A stretch of DNA of 64,000 nucleotides, taken from contig JBKHWC010000008.1 in NCBI GenBank assembly GCA_046569765.1, positions 4,280 through 68,279 of the forward strand, in the 5' to 3' direction. Positions 46,799 to 55,583 of the stretch are shown here, one piece after another. Positions within the stretch are counted from its first letter, which is position 1; every line of letters starts with the position of its first letter. The position numbers and the translations under genes are program-made. The notes beneath the pieces are model-generated. The model saw only the letters and a program-made list of their open reading frames with translations, was not told where the DNA came from and ran no database searches. Origin of the DNA: Alphaproteobacteria bacterium. Its GTDB lineage: Bacteria; Pseudomonadota; Alphaproteobacteria; Rhodobacterales; Rhodobacteraceae.

Positions 46799-48234
46799 TG
46801 GCTGACGTCGACATCACCTCGCAAACCATGGACGGCATGGGGCCGCACGGCACCAAGGTCGGCCTCCTGCGCGTTCTCGGCCCGGCGCATGTCTGGGCGC
46901 TTGGCGTGGGCATCGTCCTTGTGGGCGAATACATGGGCTGGAACTTCTCGGTCGGCAAAGGCGGGGCCTATGCCGCGCTGATCGCCTGCTGGTTCGCGGG
47001 CATCCTCTACTCCTGCGTCGCCATGATCGACTCGGAGGTCACCTCGACCGTGGCCTCGGCCGGCGGGCAGTATACCCAGGCCAAGCATATCATCGGGCCG
47101 CTGATGGCCTTCAACGTCGGCCTCTACCTCGTCTTCGCCTACACCATGCTGGAAGCCGCCAACGCGATCACCGCGGGCTACCTGTTCTCGGTCGTGGCGC
47201 AGATGACCGGCCATACCGGAGAGCTTGACCAACGGCCCTTCATCATCCTGGTCATCACCTTCCTGGCCTGGCTGAACTATCGTGGCGTGCTGGCGACGCT
47301 GACCTTCAACCTGGTCATCACCGCCATAGCCTTCAGCGCGATCATCATCCTGTTCCTGTCCACCTCCGGCATCCTCGGCGGCGGGATCATGGAACACGCC
47401 GCGCTGTTCGAGGGGCACGAGCTTCCCTACGGCTGGGTCGGCGTGCTGGCGGCGATGCACTTCGGCCTGTGGTACTACCTTGGCATCGAGGGCACGACCC
47501 AGGCGGCCGAGGAAGTGCGCTCGCCCGCCCGCTCGCTGCCCTTCGGGACGCTGGCCGGGATCATGACGCTGCTGATCGCGGCGACCCTGACCTGGTTCAT
47601 GTGCTCGGGCGTGCTGCCCTGGGAATACCTGGGCGATGGCGTCTCGGGCTCGGTCGCGCCGCTGTTCGACACCGCGCGCCTGTCGGGCTCGGACGCGCTG
47701 GTCTGGCTTCTTGGTTTCGGTACGCTTTTCGCCACGCTTGCCAGCGCCAACGGCTGCATCAACGACGCCTCGCGGGCCTGGTTCGCCATGGGCCGCGACA
47801 AGTACCTGCCGGGCTGGTTCGGCGCGGTTCACCCGAAGTACCGCACGCCCTACCGGGCCATCGTGTTCCTGGTCCCGATCGCGCTGATCTTCGCCCTTGG
47901 CGCGCCGCTTGACCAGGTGATCACCTTCTCGATCCTCTCGGGCCTCCTGGGCTATACCTTCATGCCGCTCAACATCATCCTGTTCCGCCGCAAATGGCCG
48001 CTGGACACGATCAAGCGCGGTTATGAACACCCGTTCCACCCGATCCCCGCGATTGCGCTTCTCACCCTGTGCGGCGTGACCTTCTTCGCGGTGTTCCTGG
48101 GCTACGGGACCCAGCTGGTGGCGATGATCGGCTTCTACATCATCGTGTCGCTCTGGTTCCACTTCTGGCGCTATCGCTTCGTGAACCGGGGGGCGCAGTT
48201 CACCATGCCCTGGCCGAAGCCCCGGGGCTACTAA
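46798..48234 (+). CDS. APC-superfamily amino acid/amine permease (ethanolamine permease-like)
   Basis: 478 aa with about 12 TM segments. The N-terminal GVGIVLVGEYMGWNFSVGKGG motif resembles Eat-type permeases. Confidence 0.85.
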   Translation: MADVDITSQTMDGMGPHGTKVGLLRVLGPAHVWALGVGIVLVGEYMGWNFSVGKGGAYAALIACWFAGILYSCVAMIDSEVTSTVASAGGQYTQAKHIIGPLMAFNVGLYLVFAYTMLEAANAITAGYLFSVVAQMTGHTGELDQRPFIILVITFLAWLNYRGVLATLTFNLVITAIAFSAIIILFLSTSGILGGGIMEHAALFEGHELPYGWVGVLAAMHFGLWYYLGIEGTTQAAEEVRSPARSLPFGTLAGIMTLLIAATLTWFMCSGVLPWEYLGDGVSGSVAPLFDTARLSGSDALVWLLGFGTLFATLASANGCINDASRAWFAMGRDKYLPGWFGAVHPKYRTPYRAIVFLVPIALIFALGAPLDQVITFSILSGLLGYTFMPLNIILFRRKWPLDTIKRGYEHPFHPIPAIALLTLCGVTFFAVFLGYGTQLVAMIGFYIIVSLWFHFWRYRFVNRGAQFTMPWPKPRGY

Positions 48235-48276
48235 GGCAAAGGGCCCGCGCCACACACGGCGCGGGCCACATTCCCG

Positions 48277-48951
48277 ATGTCCCCACTCATCCCCCTGGGC
48301 CTTGCCCTTGCCCTTCTCGGACTCTGGCTTGGCCACCGTCTGCTATCCGAATCACGTCAGCGCAGCGCCAGCCGCGCCGCCTATTTCGACGCGGTGAAAC
48401 CGCTGTTTCAGGGCGGCGAGACCCGCCTGCAGCCCACCGGCTTTCCCCGCATGACCGGCCGCCGCGACGGGTTGGCCTTCGACCTGCAGGCCGTGCCCGA
48501 CACGCTGACCTTCCGCAAGCTGCCTGCGCTCTGGGTCCTGGTCACCCTGCCCGAGCCCCTGCCGCTGCGCGCCACGCTCGACCTGATGGCCCGGCCTTCG
48601 GGGAATGAGCCCTTCACGAAATTCGCCACCCTGCCGCAGTCGCTGCCCACTCCGCCCGACCTCCCGCGTGAGGTCGCGGTCCGCAGCGACGACGCCAGCC
48701 GCATCCCGCCCCCGGACCTCATCGCCCGCCACGCGCATCTTTTCCAGGACTCGCGCGTGAAGGAACTCGTCCTCTCGCCCAAGGGTCTGCGCATCGTGAT
48801 CCTGGCGGAAGAGGCCGACCGCGGCCGCTTCCTCATCTTCCGCGAGGCCGAGATGGGCCGCAGCCCCTTGTCCCCCGCGCGGCTCCGGCCGATCCTCGAC
48901 AGCCTTGCCGCCCTGCGCGAAGATGTCATGACCCTGACGGAGAACCCATGA
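48277..48951 (+). CDS. Hypothetical protein with an N-terminal TM anchor (224 aa)
   Basis: The ORF has coding-like composition. I recognise no family. Confidence 0.55.
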   Translation: MSPLIPLGLALALLGLWLGHRLLSESRQRSASRAAYFDAVKPLFQGGETRLQPTGFPRMTGRRDGLAFDLQAVPDTLTFRKLPALWVLVTLPEPLPLRATLDLMARPSGNEPFTKFATLPQSLPTPPDLPREVAVRSDDASRIPPPDLIARHAHLFQDSRVKELVLSPKGLRIVILAEEADRGRFLIFREAEMGRSPLSPARLRPILDSLAALREDVMTLTENP

Positions 48952-49217
48952 AACCGCCGCCGAACCCGCATCTGGTGCTTGCAGTGGCCCTGGTCCTTCC
49001 CGGCATGGGCCAGGTCCTGAACCGCCAGCCGGTGCGCGGGCTGATCTTCGTCTGCTTCGCCGTGCTCCTGGGCGGCTTCACGCTGAAGACCGCAGCGCCG
49101 GATGTGTCCTTCGTGGGCAAGCTCTCAGGCGCGCTGTTCGTCTGGGCGATGGCGATCCTCGATGCCTACAAGACCGCCCGTATCCGCCGCGCCGTCTGGG
49201 ATCACGCGCAGCGCTGA
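48948..49217 (+). CDS. Hypothetical small membrane protein (89 aa)
   Basis: ATGA overlap with the previous ORF. LPGMGQVLNRQPVRGLIF motif and two TM helices. Confidence 0.55.
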   Translation: MKPPPNPHLVLAVALVLPGMGQVLNRQPVRGLIFVCFAVLLGGFTLKTAAPDVSFVGKLSGALFVWAMAILDAYKTARIRRAVWDHAQR

Positions 49218-49283
49218 AGACCGGGTGGCAAACTCCTTCCAGGGACCCTGCAAGAGTTTTCGATAACTTTTGCCCCCGGTCCC

Positions 49284-49943
49284 CTACCCCTGCGGATAGG
49301 CGATCACCGACAGATAGCGCGCCGGCAGCTTGACCAGCCCCTCCGGCCCGTGCGGCGCATCCGCGTCGAAGAACAGGCTGTCCCCCGGCTTCAGCGGATA
49401 GACCTGGTCGCCGTGGCGATAGTCCACCTCGCCCTCCAGCATGAACAGAAGCTCCAGCCCGCCATGCTGGAAGGTCGGAAACGTATCGCTCTCGGTCGTC
49501 AGCGTGATCATGTAGGGCTCCACCACCACGCCCGAGCTGTTCGACCCGATATGGCCCAGCAGGTGGTACTGGTGCCCCGCACGGGTACCCCGCCGCTCGA
49601 TCTCCAGATGCTCGCCTGCCTTCACATGCTGCGCCTCGCGGCGCTCCTCATAGCTCTTGAAGAAGGCGGTCACCGGAACCGAGAAGGCATGGCTCAACAC
49701 CTGCAAGGTCGTCAGGCTGGGCGAGGTATTGCCGTTCTCGATCTTCGACAGCATCCCGATCGACAGGCCGGTGACATTGGCGAGATCCGCCACCGTCATG
49801 CCCTGCTGGCGACGGAAGTTGCGCACCTCGCGGCCGATGGCGGCCTCGAGGTTGCGCTCGGAGATCTCGCGGACGCGGTGCGGGTCCTGTTCGAAGGCGG
49901 GTTTCCCGCGCGGAAGCGGTGCGATGGCGTCGGCGTCGGCCAT
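49284..49943 (-). CDS. XRE-family HTH plus cupin-domain transcriptional regulator
   Basis: HTH (GMTVADLANVTGLSIGMLSKIENG) plus a C-terminal cupin (GLELLFMLEGEVDY...GDSLFFDADAPHGP). Confidence 0.85.
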   Translation of the reverse strand: MADADAIAPLPRGKPAFEQDPHRVREISERNLEAAIGREVRNFRRQQGMTVADLANVTGLSIGMLSKIENGNTSPSLTTLQVLSHAFSVPVTAFFKSYEERREAQHVKAGEHLEIERRGTRAGHQYHLLGHIGSNSSGVVVEPYMITLTTESDTFPTFQHGGLELLFMLEGEVDYRHGDQVYPLKPGDSLFFDADAPHGPEGLVKLPARYLSVIAYPQG

Positions 49944-50005
49944 GGGCCCCCCCTGTGTCTACAGGTTTTTCCTATCAGGAAACGCGCCCTGCGGCAAGCG
50001 TCCGC

Positions 50006-50548
50006 CTACCAGGCCGCCGCAGCCGCCACTTCCAGCGCGTGCAACAGGCTTTGGGCCGAGGATCGTGCGCCATAGATCCGCACCTGGCCCCGGCCATGCC
50101 GGATCAGGTAGCAGCCCATATGCTCGATCACCGTGCGGGTGGCGAAACCATCCGGCGCGGCCGGGAAATCGACGTTGCAAAGCCGCTCCATCAAGGGCGC
50201 AAGGTCCGGCGCCGTCAGGTCGAAGACGACCCAGGCATCGGTCTGCTCCGTCACGCTTGCCGCGTCGCCGAGGGCGGCCTTCACCTGGTCCGCAATCAGT
50301 TCATGCGTCCCGAACGGAGCCTCGACGAACCACATCTCGGGCGCGACCCAGAAGGCGCTGTAGGGCGTGCCGCCCGTGTATCGCGCCGCCTCGGGCAGCG
50401 GCAGGCCTGCCGCCTTTGCCGCTTGCGCCAGATCCGCCATCCGTCCGCGCCGCGCCGCGACCGAGGCGACGGCCACGTCGAACCGTTCCGCGATCGTCAC
50501 CGGCCCCACCACGGCCACGGCCGCCTGCCGGGCGCCAAGCGCCGTCAT
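50006..50548 (-). CDS. mgdD: N-methylglutamate dehydrogenase subunit D (sarcosine oxidase gamma-like)
   Basis: SoxG-sized protein at the end of the soxBDAG-like operon. The ATG at 50548 lies 10 nt after the mgdC stop. The track start at 50590 is a TTG that overlaps mgdC. Confidence 0.75.
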   Translation of the reverse strand: MTALGARQAAVAVVGPVTIAERFDVAVASVAARRGRMADLAQAAKAAGLPLPEAARYTGGTPYSAFWVAPEMWFVEAPFGTHELIADQVKAALGDAASVTEQTDAWVVFDLTAPDLAPLMERLCNVDFPAAPDGFATRTVIEHMGCYLIRHGRGQVRIYGARSSAQSLLHALEVAAAAAW

Positions 50549-50558
50549 TGCCTGCAAT

Positions 50559-53462
50559 TCAGCCACGAAGCCGCTCCCCTTCCGGATCAAAGAAATGCGG
50601 GCTCACGATCTCGACCTCGGTGTCCTGCCCGGTCAGCAGGTTCACCGCCCGCATCCGCTGCCCGATCTTGCGGTCGCCCGCCTTCAGATACGCAAGCGCG
50701 ATATCGCAGCCGATATGCGGGCTGTAGACCTTGGAGGTCAGCCATCCGCCATCGTTCGCCGCCACCGCCGCCGCACCTTTCTCCAGCAAATGGCTGCCGG
50801 CGGAAATCTTGCCGTTCGGATCGACCGGCTTGACGCCGACCAGCCGATAGCCGTCCGGCTCTACCAACCCCTCGCGCTGGGACAGGACCATCCCGATGGA
50901 GTCCTTCTTCTTCGACACCATCTTGCCCAGGCCCATGTTCAGCGCCGTGGACTGGCCGTTCAGCTCGCCCCCCGCGACGTGGCCCTTCTCGATCCGCATC
51001 ACGCCCAGGGCTTCCGTGCCATAGACGATCGGATCGAACTCCGCCCCCCGCGCCAGCATCTCACGCAGCAGCGCGTCGCCATAGCGGGTCGGAACCGCGA
51101 TCTCATAGGCCAGCTCGCCCGAGAAGCTGATGCGGAACAGCCGCGCCCGCATCCCGCCGCAGACGGTGATGTTCCCTGCCCCCATGTAGGGGAAGGCCGC
51201 ATCGCTGATGTCCTGGTCGACCACCTTCTCCAGCAACTTCCGCGCGTTTGGCCCCGCGACCGAGAACTGCGCCCAGGCTTCGGTGGTCGAGATCAGCTGC
51301 ACGTCCATGTCGGGCCACAGCACCTGGCGGCAATACTCCAGATGCCGGAACACCGTGACCGCATTGGCCGTGGTCGTGGTCATCACATATTCGTTCTCGC
51401 CCATGCGCGCGGTGGTGCCGTCGTCGAAGACGATCCCGTCCTCACGCAGCATCAGCCCGTAGCGGCACTTGCCAACGGCCAGGGTGCTGAACGTGTTGGC
51501 GTAGACCCGGTCCAGGAAGGCCCCCGCATCGGTGCCCTGGATGTCGATCTTGCCCAAGGTGGTCACGTCGCAGATGCCGACCGACTTCCGCGTCGCCAGC
51601 ACCTCGCGGTCAACCGACTGGCGCCATTCCGTCTCGCCGGCCTTCGGCACCCACTGCGTCCGCAACCACATGCCGACCTCGACAAAGACCGCGCCCTGCT
51701 CCTTGGCCCAGTGGTGGCTCGGCGTCAGGCGGAACGGCTTGAACTCCGTCCCCCGCGACCGCCCCGCCAAGGTGCCCATGGCGACCGGAGTATAGGGCGG
51801 GCGATAGATCGTCGTCCCCGTCTCGGGGATCGACCGTCCGGTCAGTTCCGCCATGACCGCCAGACCGATGACATTCCCGGTCTTGCCCTGATCCGTCGCC
51901 ATGCCCAGCGTGGTGTAACGCTTCAGATGCTCGACGCTGGTGAAGTTCTCCTGCTTCGCCAGCTTCACGTCCTTGACGGTCACGTCGTTCTGCTGGTCGA
52001 TCCAGGCGCGGCCCTTGCCGTGGTTCACATGCCACAGCGCCTTGACCTTCACCGGCGCATCCTCGGCCTCCGGCAGGTCGGCCGCGCCGGTCAGGCCCAG
52101 CGCCTCGATCGCCGCATCCCGGCCCGTGCGCAGCGCGCCATGCGTCGACAGGACGCCCGAGGCCGCCCCCGCCACCAACAGGCCCGGAGGACCCTCGGCC
52201 CCCGGCACGAAGGCCGCAATCGTCGGATCGTAGACCGGACGCGAGCGGTGATGCGAATGGATGTTCACATTCGGGTTCCACCCGCCCGAAACCCCCAGCG
52301 CCTCGACCGCGATTTCCCGCGTCCGGCCCTTGGCATCGCGCACCGTGATCGACTTCAGCCCCAGGCGACCCGAGGTGTCGATCACCTCTTCGCCCTGACG
52401 GCTGTCGATCACCGCAACGACCTCGACGCCCTTGGCCTTCAGGTCCGCCGCCGTGCGCAAGCCATCGTCGTTGTTGGTGAAGACCGCCACCCGTTCCCCG
52501 GCCTTGACGCCCCAGCGGTTCGCATAGGCCCGCAGCGCGCCCGCCAGCATGATGCCGGGACGGTCGTTGTTTTCAAACGCAATCGGCCGCTCGGTCGCGC
52601 CGCCCGCCAGGATCGCCTTGCCGGAATAGATCCGCCACAGCACCTGCCGCGGCTTGCCCGGCGTCGGGGTCGGCAGGTGGTCGCTCACCCGCTCCACCGC
52701 ACCATAGATGCCGTGGTCAAAGGCGCCGATCACCGTGGTCCGCGCCATCAGCCGCACGTTCGGAAGCGACGCCAGTTCTGCCACCGCCGCCGCCGCCCAA
52801 TCCGCGCCCGAGACGCCGCCCACCGCATGGGTCTCGGCGTTCAAGCGGCCGCCCATGCGGAAATCCTCATCCGCGAGGATCACCCTTTTGCCCGCGCGCC
52901 CTGCCGTCAGCGCCGCCATCAGGCCAGTCGGCCCCGCCCCGATCACCAGCAGATCACAGTGCAGGAAGCCCTTGTCGTATTCGTCCGGGTCCTCCTCGCG
53001 GCTGACCGACCCCAGGCCCGCCGCGCGGCGGATGATCGGCTCATACAGCTTTTCCCAGAAGGCCTTGGGCCACATGAAGGTCTTGTAGTAGAACCCCGCC
53101 GCGAAGAACGTGCTCAGCCGGTCGTTGATCCCCATCGCGTCAAAGCGCAGGGAAGGCCAGCGGTTCTGGCTGTTCGCCGTCAGCCCGTCGAACAGTTCCA
53201 CCACCGTGGCCCGGGTGTTCGGCTCTTGCCGCCCGCCGGTGCGCAGTTCGACCAGAGCGTTCGGCTCTTCCGAGCCCGAGGTCAGCGGACCGCGCGGCCG
53301 ATGATACTTGAAGCTGCGGCCCATCAGCCGCACCCCGTTCGCCAGCAGCGCCGAGGCCAGCGTGTCCCCCGGATGACCCGTGTAGGCCATCCCGTCAAAG
53401 GTAAAGCGAAGCGTCTTCGTCCGGTCAACCTGCCCGCCGGTAATGCGATGCGACTGGCTCAT
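50559..53462 (-). CDS. mgdC: N-methylglutamate dehydrogenase subunit C (sarcosine oxidase alpha-like)
   Basis: 967 aa. N-terminal 2Fe-2S-like domain, dinucleotide fold (DLLVIGAGPTGLMAAL) and a C-terminal GcvT-like folate domain. Confidence 0.9.
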   Translation of the reverse strand: MSQSHRITGGQVDRTKTLRFTFDGMAYTGHPGDTLASALLANGVRLMGRSFKYHRPRGPLTSGSEEPNALVELRTGGRQEPNTRATVVELFDGLTANSQNRWPSLRFDAMGINDRLSTFFAAGFYYKTFMWPKAFWEKLYEPIIRRAAGLGSVSREEDPDEYDKGFLHCDLLVIGAGPTGLMAALTAGRAGKRVILADEDFRMGGRLNAETHAVGGVSGADWAAAAVAELASLPNVRLMARTTVIGAFDHGIYGAVERVSDHLPTPTPGKPRQVLWRIYSGKAILAGGATERPIAFENNDRPGIMLAGALRAYANRWGVKAGERVAVFTNNDDGLRTAADLKAKGVEVVAVIDSRQGEEVIDTSGRLGLKSITVRDAKGRTREIAVEALGVSGGWNPNVNIHSHHRSRPVYDPTIAAFVPGAEGPPGLLVAGAASGVLSTHGALRTGRDAAIEALGLTGAADLPEAEDAPVKVKALWHVNHGKGRAWIDQQNDVTVKDVKLAKQENFTSVEHLKRYTTLGMATDQGKTGNVIGLAVMAELTGRSIPETGTTIYRPPYTPVAMGTLAGRSRGTEFKPFRLTPSHHWAKEQGAVFVEVGMWLRTQWVPKAGETEWRQSVDREVLATRKSVGICDVTTLGKIDIQGTDAGAFLDRVYANTFSTLAVGKCRYGLMLREDGIVFDDGTTARMGENEYVMTTTTANAVTVFRHLEYCRQVLWPDMDVQLISTTEAWAQFSVAGPNARKLLEKVVDQDISDAAFPYMGAGNITVCGGMRARLFRISFSGELAYEIAVPTRYGDALLREMLARGAEFDPIVYGTEALGVMRIEKGHVAGGELNGQSTALNMGLGKMVSKKKDSIGMVLSQREGLVEPDGYRLVGVKPVDPNGKISAGSHLLEKGAAAVAANDGGWLTSKVYSPHIGCDIALAYLKAGDRKIGQRMRAVNLLTGQDTEVEIVSPHFFDPEGERLRG

Positions 53463-53743
53463 TTCGACCGCCCCTTGCTGCGCGCCACATCACGCGCCAG
53501 TTCCACTTTGGTGATCTCATGCGTCACCGTGTTCCGCGTCACCACCAGCCAGGACCGATCGCCCTGCTCGTGGTACCAAAGCTCGCGATGCTCTCCCGCC
53601 GGGTTGTCGCGGACGTACAGCCAGTCGTGGAATTCCTCGATCCCGGCGGTCATGCCGTCGGGGCGATCCATCAATCGGGCGTCGCCCAGATAGACGAATT
53701 CCTGCGCATCGCGGGGTCCGAGGATCGGATGGTGAATGATCAT
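53459..53743 (-). CDS. mgdB: N-methylglutamate dehydrogenase subunit B (sarcosine oxidase delta-like)
   Basis: 94 aa. CPxCG-less SoxD-like sequence (GPRDAQEFVYLGDA). ATGA overlap with mgdC. Confidence 0.8.
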   Translation of the reverse strand: MIIHHPILGPRDAQEFVYLGDARLMDRPDGMTAGIEEFHDWLYVRDNPAGEHRELWYHEQGDRSWLVVTRNTVTHEITKVELARDVARSKGRSK

Positions 53744-53755
53744 TCGTATACGTCC

Positions 53756-55006
53756 TCAGTGCAGGTTCGGCTGGGCGCCTTGGCCCTTTTCGTCGATCAT
53801 CCGGCCCTTCAGGAAACGGTCCAACCGATAGGCCGTGGCGGTCTTGTGCGGCTCGTCCTTCGCCATCAGATGCGCGAAGCACCAGCCGCTGGCCGGCGTG
53901 GCCTTGAACCCGCCGTAGCACCAGCCGCCGTTGAAATAGAGCCCCTCGATGTGGGTCTTGTCGATGAAGGGCGAGCCGTCCATCGACATGTCCATGATCC
54001 CGCCCCAGGTCCGCAGCAGGCGCACGCGCCCGATGGCAGGCATCAACGCCATGCCACCCTCGGCCACATCCTCGATCACCGGCAGGTTCCCCCGCTGGGC
54101 GTAGGAGTTGTAGCCGTCGATGTCGCCACCGAAGACCAGACCGCCCTTGTCGGACTGGCTGACGTAGAAGTGCCCCGCGCCGAAGGTCATCACCCCGTCG
54201 ATCAGCGGCTTCAGCCCTTCCGAAACAAAGGCTTGCAGGACGTGGGATTCGATCGGCAGCCGCATCCCGGCATAGGCCATCACCTTGGACGAGGACCCGG
54301 CAACCGCCACGCCCACTTTTTTCGCGCCGATGAAGCCGCGCGTCGTCTCCACCCCCTTGATGCGGCCGTTCTCGATCCGCATCCCCGTGACTTCGCAATT
54401 CTGGATCAGGTCCACGCCCCGCATGTCCGCGCCGCGCGCATAGCCCCAGGCCACCGCGTCATGCCGCACCGTGCCGCCCCGGCGCTGCATCAGCGCGCCC
54501 TTGATCGGGAAGCGGGCGTTGTCGAAGTTCAGCCAGGGATACATCTGCCGCACCTGCTCGCGGCTCAGGAGTTCCGCATCCGCCCCGTGCATCCGCATCG
54601 CATTGCCGCGCCGGGTGAAGGCGTCGCGCTGCGCGTCGGTGTGAATCAGGTTGATGATCCCGCGCTGGCTGACCATCGCGTTATAGTTGAAGTCCTGCTC
54701 CAGCCCTTCCCACAGCTTCAGGCTGAATTCGTAGAAGGGCTCGTTCCCGTCCAGCAGATAGTTCGACCGGATGATCGTGGTGTTGCGGCCCACGTTGCCG
54801 CCGCCCAGATAGCCCTTTTCCAGCACCGCGATGCGGGCCTGGCCGAATTCCTTGGCCAGGTAATAGGCCGTGGCCAGCCCATGCCCGCCCCCGCCGATGA
54901 TGATGTAATCATACTCGGGCTGCGGCGCGGGGTCTCTCCAGACCGGCTTCCAGCCCTTGTGGCCCGTAAGAGCCTCGGCAATGACGCGAAATCCCGAATA
55001 GCGCAC
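53756..55006 (-). CDS. mgdA: N-methylglutamate dehydrogenase subunit A (sarcosine oxidase beta-like FAD oxidoreductase)
   Basis: YDYIIIGGGGHGLATAYYLA FAD fold. The GTG start at 55006 has AGGAGG 6 nt upstream. Confidence 0.9.
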   Translation of the reverse strand: MRYSGFRVIAEALTGHKGWKPVWRDPAPQPEYDYIIIGGGGHGLATAYYLAKEFGQARIAVLEKGYLGGGNVGRNTTIIRSNYLLDGNEPFYEFSLKLWEGLEQDFNYNAMVSQRGIINLIHTDAQRDAFTRRGNAMRMHGADAELLSREQVRQMYPWLNFDNARFPIKGALMQRRGGTVRHDAVAWGYARGADMRGVDLIQNCEVTGMRIENGRIKGVETTRGFIGAKKVGVAVAGSSSKVMAYAGMRLPIESHVLQAFVSEGLKPLIDGVMTFGAGHFYVSQSDKGGLVFGGDIDGYNSYAQRGNLPVIEDVAEGGMALMPAIGRVRLLRTWGGIMDMSMDGSPFIDKTHIEGLYFNGGWCYGGFKATPASGWCFAHLMAKDEPHKTATAYRLDRFLKGRMIDEKGQGAQPNLH

Positions 55007-55091
55007 GCCCGTCCTCCTGTTTGCCCTGTTCTAGGGCCGGGGCGGGGCGAACGTGCAGCCGTTTTCGCCATCGGATCGTCCGTTTCTGCCA

Positions 55092-55211
55092 TCACCTCTC
55101 GGCAGGTGAGACCTTGGCGAAGGGATCCCAGCCCGTTACCGCGTCCGAGACCTGATTCTGCGCGATGCTGGCAAGGATCAGGATGGTGACCGAGGTGATC
55201 AGGCTGTTCAT
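55092..55211 (-). CDS. Candidate 39-aa small membrane protein/leader ORF upstream of mgdA
   Basis: MNSLITSVTILILASIAQNQVSDAVTGWDPFAKVSPAER. The ATG at 55211 is preceded by GGAGG with a 6-nt spacer. The ORF ends 85 nt before mgdA. Confidence 0.45.
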   Translation of the reverse strand: MNSLITSVTILILASIAQNQVSDAVTGWDPFAKVSPAER

Positions 55212-55360
55212 GGCGGGCCTCCGGGGTGTATGTTCACCTCCCGTTCTGCCCGATTCTGCTTGCCAACCCGTTAACCACGCGCCCGCGCCGGACTTTACAA
55301 TTTGGCAAGGAATGGCCATCATTCTGGACTTACGATAGTTCGAAACGTTCAGGGTCCTCA

Positions 55361-55415
55361 CCCTGAAAAAGACCCGGCGAAGTTGCAGCTTCGCCGGGTC
55401 TCCTTCTTTTCAGGG
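55361..55415 (-). terminator. Strong rho-independent terminator downstream of smc
   Basis: 12-bp perfect stem gacccggcgaag/cttcgccgggtc with a 6-nt loop, extended by outer ccctgaaaa/ttttcaggg pairing. A TTTTT run follows on the minus strand. Confidence 0.75.
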
Positions 55416-55583
55416 TCAGGCCCCGATCAGAAGGCGGATGATCGCGACCATCAGCGTTCCCGCCGCGATGACGACCATCCACTTCCGATAGTTCGTTTCG
55501 TTCAGTTCCCTCACCTCCGTCCACCGCAAAGGGTTGCGGCGGGATCAGGGGTAAGGAGGCACGGTTGACAAACCTATACCGAA

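Noticed and set aside
50367-53693. 1108-aa plus-strand ORF
   Set aside because: It is antisense to mgdC/mgdB, which have clear sarcosine-oxidase-like motifs. The translation is R/P/H/D-rich with no recognisable domain. This is a typical shadow ORF in high-GC DNA.
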